A DNA stretch of 64,000 nt from Callorhinchus milii. Its lineage: Eukaryota. A program made the position numbers and the translations under genes. Positions 60,156 through 64,000 of the stretch are shown here, piece by piece (position 1 is the stretch's first letter; the number at the start of each line of letters is the position of its first letter). Under the pieces are notes generated by a model that saw only the letters and a program-made list of their open reading frames with translations, was not told where the DNA came from and made no database searches. The DNA lies in assembly GCF_018977255.1 (NCBI RefSeq), contig NW_024704742.1, forward strand, positions 132,620,001 through 132,684,000. Direction: 5' to 3'.

Positions 60156-60511
60156 AATTGACTGCTGTGTTTCGGCCACAAAGTACACAGTCACTCTACT
60201 TTACAATGTATTGTGTGAAGCACTTTGGGACGTCTCAATGATGTGATAAGGCGCTATAACAAATGCAAGGATTATTATTACTGTCCAGCTGGAACTCCAT
60301 CCCACAGTCCCTTCGCCTCCTTCAAGGCCCGTCTTAAGACCTTCCTCTTTGACCATGCCTTCGATCACCCTATTACACCTCCACCCACTTTGCCCTCCAC
60401 CCCTGATTCCAATCCCCAGATCAGGTGAAAATCCTTGACCGTGTCCAGCACCTTGGGCCATCCTCCCAACATGAAATGTAATTTGTTGTTGTTGCTAGAC
60501 TTGCACCCCTT

Positions 60512-60935
60512 TGTCAGCCTGGCTCAGTTAGTAGCACTCTCGCCTCTGAATCAGAAGATTGTGGCTTCAAGTCCCCATGCGGAAACTCATATAGTCTAGG
60601 TTAATGCTCCAGTGCAGTGCTGGGGGGATGGAGAGCACTGACATTATGGAGGTGTCGTCCTTCAGATGAGATGTTAAACTGAGGTCACGTCTGCCTGTCC
60701 AGGATACCATGGCACTATTTGAAAGGTGAAGGGAATTTTTCCTGATGTTCTGGCCTACATTCCCCCAGATAAAAGTGGTTATTCACTCATGGCTGTTTGT
60801 GGGATCCTGCGGAACACAAAATACACTTTCGCCCACAAAATTATAGTCAATTCACTTTACACTATATTCTGTGAAGCACTTAAAATCATCTCAACGTAGT
60901 GAAAAGGCGCTGTATCAAATGTAAGGATTATTATC
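60512..60935 (+). mobile_element. Deu-domain SINE, near full length
   Basis: tRNA-like head, GGAGGTGTCGTCCTTCAGATGAGATGTTAAAC..CCATGGCACTATT core, L2-like tail. Confidence 0.85.
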
Positions 60936-60944
60936 ACACAGTCA

Positions 60945-61915
60945 CTACAAGATTACATTTGTATAGCGCCTTTCACGTCAGGAAGATGTCCCAAGGCGCT
61001 GGACAGAGTACAGAATTTCAGACCTGAGCTGGGATTGGGGGGGTAAGGGAGGGGAGGGTAAGGGAGGGGAGGGGAAGGGGGGTGGCCGTTGGCATGGTTG
61101 AAGAGGAGGGTCGTGAGGCAGGACTTGAAGGAGTCTAAAGAGGAGGCGAGGCAGAGTGACTGGGGGATGGAATTCCAAAGGTTGGGGGCAGAATGGCTGA
61201 AGGCTCTCCCGCCAATGGTGGGGCGGGTGGGTCGGGACATGGAGCGGGATAGAGCCGGCTGAGCAGAGGGAATGGGCAGGTTGGTAGGGGGTTAGGAGGT
61301 TGCAGAGGTAGGGTGGGGTGAGGGCTTTGTAGGTGATGACCAGAATCTTAAACTGGATCCTCTGAAGGATAAGGAACCAGTGGAGTCGGGCAAGAGTGGG
61401 GGAGATGGGGTCATGAGTTTGTTGCGGGAGAGGACACGGGCTGCAGAGTTCTGGATTATCTGAAGCTTGTGGAGGGAGCAGTTGGGAAGGCCGACAAGCA
61501 GAGTGTTTGCATAGTCGAGCCTGGAGGTGATGAAGGCATGAACAAGAGTTTCAGTGGCCTGAGGGGTAAGGTAATGGTGGAGTTGGGCGATGTTATGGAG
61601 GTGAGGGAAGGCAGAGTGGGTCATGGGTTGGATGTGGGGGAGAAAAGACAGTTGAGGGTCAAACAAGACACCGAGGTTCCTGACTGGCTTGGTGAGTTGA
61701 TGTGTGCAACCATGGAGGTTGATGTTGTCAGAGCCTGAGGTGCAGAGGCGCAGGTGTGAGCCAATCAGGAGGGCCTCAGTCTTGTTCACATTCAACTGTA
61801 GGAAATTTGTCCTCATCCAGGACTTGATTTCCGACAGGCAGTCTGTCAGGACAGCAGTGGTCCTGCTGGAGTTGAGGGTGGAGGCAGAAAGATAGAGTTG
61901 GTTTTCATCCACATT
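60945..61915 (-). mobile_element. L2 LINE, 5'-truncated
   Basis: 208-aa ORF QLYLSASTLN..CLSEIKSWMRTNFLQLN..LDYANTLL; tail at 60945. Confidence 0.93.
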
Positions 61916-62894
61916 CATTTACTGTACACTACACTGTACAGTAAATCATGTGAAAGAACTTGAGACGTCCCCATCTAATGTCTCCCCTCATGTATAATGG
62001 AAGAAGTGAATCTCACTTATTCATGAAGGGAGGTGGTAGAGGGCTTTCTGGAAGGATAATAATTAGTGCATTTGAGGCAGCAGTTTTCACATCAGCAGGA
62101 TGCCTCAAAGGGCTTCACAGGATTTTGTGCAAAGTGTAGTAACTGTGTATTTTGAAGACGAACGCGGCAGCCATGTCCCCACTAACAGCTATGGAGTGAG
62201 TGAGCGAGTTTACCTTGGGAATTATTGGAGGATGGAATTGTGTGGTTCAAAGTGGTCTCCTTGCTATAAATCGCAGTTTAATTTCACTCTCTCAAATGCA
62301 ACAATTATTGCTGTAAATCTGCAGTGACCACACTCTGCAGTTAACTACACTTTTTAACTGCGCAGGGCAATTTAGCTCAGAAATCGCGGGAGAGCTGGAG
62401 GGGGCTTTTAAAATGTGATACGAACCTTTACGTGGTTCTTTGGCCAAGTAAAATGGATAACGCAACATTGATATGTACGTCATGCACAGTTTGCTGGGAA
62501 AACCCATTAACGCCCAAACTGAGAGATTCTCCTCACCTTGACTGTGACGAATACCAATTCTTGGGTCAGCAACCTTTAAACAAACTTGCCTCTTTGTGAG
62601 AAGTAAAACACTTTGGAAATGTATCTCTAGCTATTTGATGGCCCTAACACCAAGTGTATGTGAAACAGGCAATCAAACCCATGTAAACCAGGGAAAATTG
62701 GTTTCCAATTTAAGGCTGGATTCAAGGCTCTTTTGAATATTGTGCACTTGTGGCATTGAATTTTTTTAGTGTAAGAACTTGTGAAATTATGGGACCCAGT
62801 TGCCTTGATTTGCCTGGTTTCAGTTGGTAGCACTCTTGCCCCTGAGTCAGGAGTTAGTGGGTTCAAGCCTCACGTCAGGACTTTGAGCTCTGAG

Positions 62895-63243
62895 CGCATT
62901 TGTCTCACATGCGAGAGGACCCAGGTTCGATTCTCAGGTAGGGAAAAACCTTAGGCAAGTTTCCTCTGTTTAGCTAGCAGTAAGTAGGAACCCGGTTGTT
63001 AGTTGATTGGCGGATTGCTTTCTGGAGGTAATACTCTCTTCAAAAGAAAATAATTTGGTCACTCAATCCACAACTGTCTGTGGGACTCTGCTGTGCACAA
63101 TTGGTTGCTGCATTTTGCCCACAAAAACACAGTCAATCCACTTTAGAATATATTCTGTGAAGCGCTTTGAGATATCTCAACAACATGATAAAGCGCTATA
63201 TCAAACACAAGGATTATTATTATTATTTTTATTATTATTATTA
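62895..63243 (+). mobile_element. tRNA-Ala SINE (long) inserted within a Deu SINE (62805-62890 + 63245-63490)
   Basis: Deu head before and Deu body after the insert. Confidence 0.75.
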
Positions 63244-63809
63244 TAGTCTGACAGTGCAGTGCAGTGGTGGAGGGAGCGCTTCATTTTTGGAGGTGCTGTC
63301 CTTCAGAGGGAAGGAGGGAAAGGGTGAGATCCAGACAGCAGGGTCTTTAGTTAATGCAAATTTGGATGAGAGGTTGAACTGAGGTCAGGTCTGCCTGTTT
63401 GGGTGGATGCTAAAGATCCCATGGCACAATTCAAAAAGAGAAGGGAGTTTCTCCAGGTGTCCTGGCCAACAATCCCCCAGATAAAACTGGTTTCTCCACT
63501 TCACTGAAACTTTGTCAGGTGCTTGCAGATGTTGCTGGTGATATATCAAATACACAAATTTTTTTGATTGGAAACATTTCCATATTCATGCTCAAGCTTC
63601 CTTCATGAGATGATTCATGTGTACTTTAATGAACGATTGTAACGTTCTGGGGTATTTACAATTCAAAACCTAGAGATGGATTTTAGATGTTCTATTATTA
63701 AAAGCATAGCTTGAATCTTTGGGGATGTCAGAAATTAAAAGGAGAAGGGGTAATCCCAGGGTGTCAACCTAGCTCTGTTGGTAGCACACTCGCCTCAGAG
63801 TCAGAAGGT

Positions 63810-63990
63810 TAGAACCATAGAAAGTTATGGCACAGAAGAAGGCCATTTGGCCCAACGTGTCTGTGCTGGCTCGTTCAAGAACCAATCCTTTCAGTCCAAT
63901 TTCCCTGCCCTTTCCTCAATACCCCTGTAGCTAACTCTTACTATCCTAATTATGTGAAACAAATTCTCCTAACCTCTTTGTTTGTTTACT
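63810..63990 (-). mobile_element. CR1 3' end
   Basis: AGAACCATAGAAAGTTATGGCACAGAAGAAGGCCATTTGGCCC is the reverse complement of a CR1 terminus. Confidence 0.7.
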
Positions 63991-64000
63991 AACTATCTTA

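Overview
Vertebrate genomic DNA, most likely from a cartilaginous fish. The L2/CR1 LINEs, Deu-domain SINEs and tRNA-Ala SINEs suggest a chimaera or elephant shark, but this is inference. Two protein-coding genes share a CpG-island promoter head-to-head. RPP25L has one coding exon (914->351, minus strand). DCTN3 (dynactin p22/p24) has 7 exons (3124-14634, plus strand), all read from the sequence. DCTN3 shows a 1-nt frameshift in exon 1 as assembled, a GC-AG intron 3 and a U12-type intron 6. The remaining ~48 kb has no recognisable host exon and is dominated by nested retroposons. Notable structures are: a mariner-type remnant split by a SINE-terminated 1.1-kb insert, a Penelope-type palindrome with a decayed hammerhead core, an 82-bp-arm foldback, a near-full-length L2 whose 5' region carries an Ig-switch-like GAGCT/GGGCT pentamer array, co-varying 3' stem-loops shared by L2s and SINEs, two unclassified repeat families and a consensus CTCF site. 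Most ORFs in the supplied track are repeat-derived or spurious. Family names come from recall, not database searches, and repeat boundaries are approximate.
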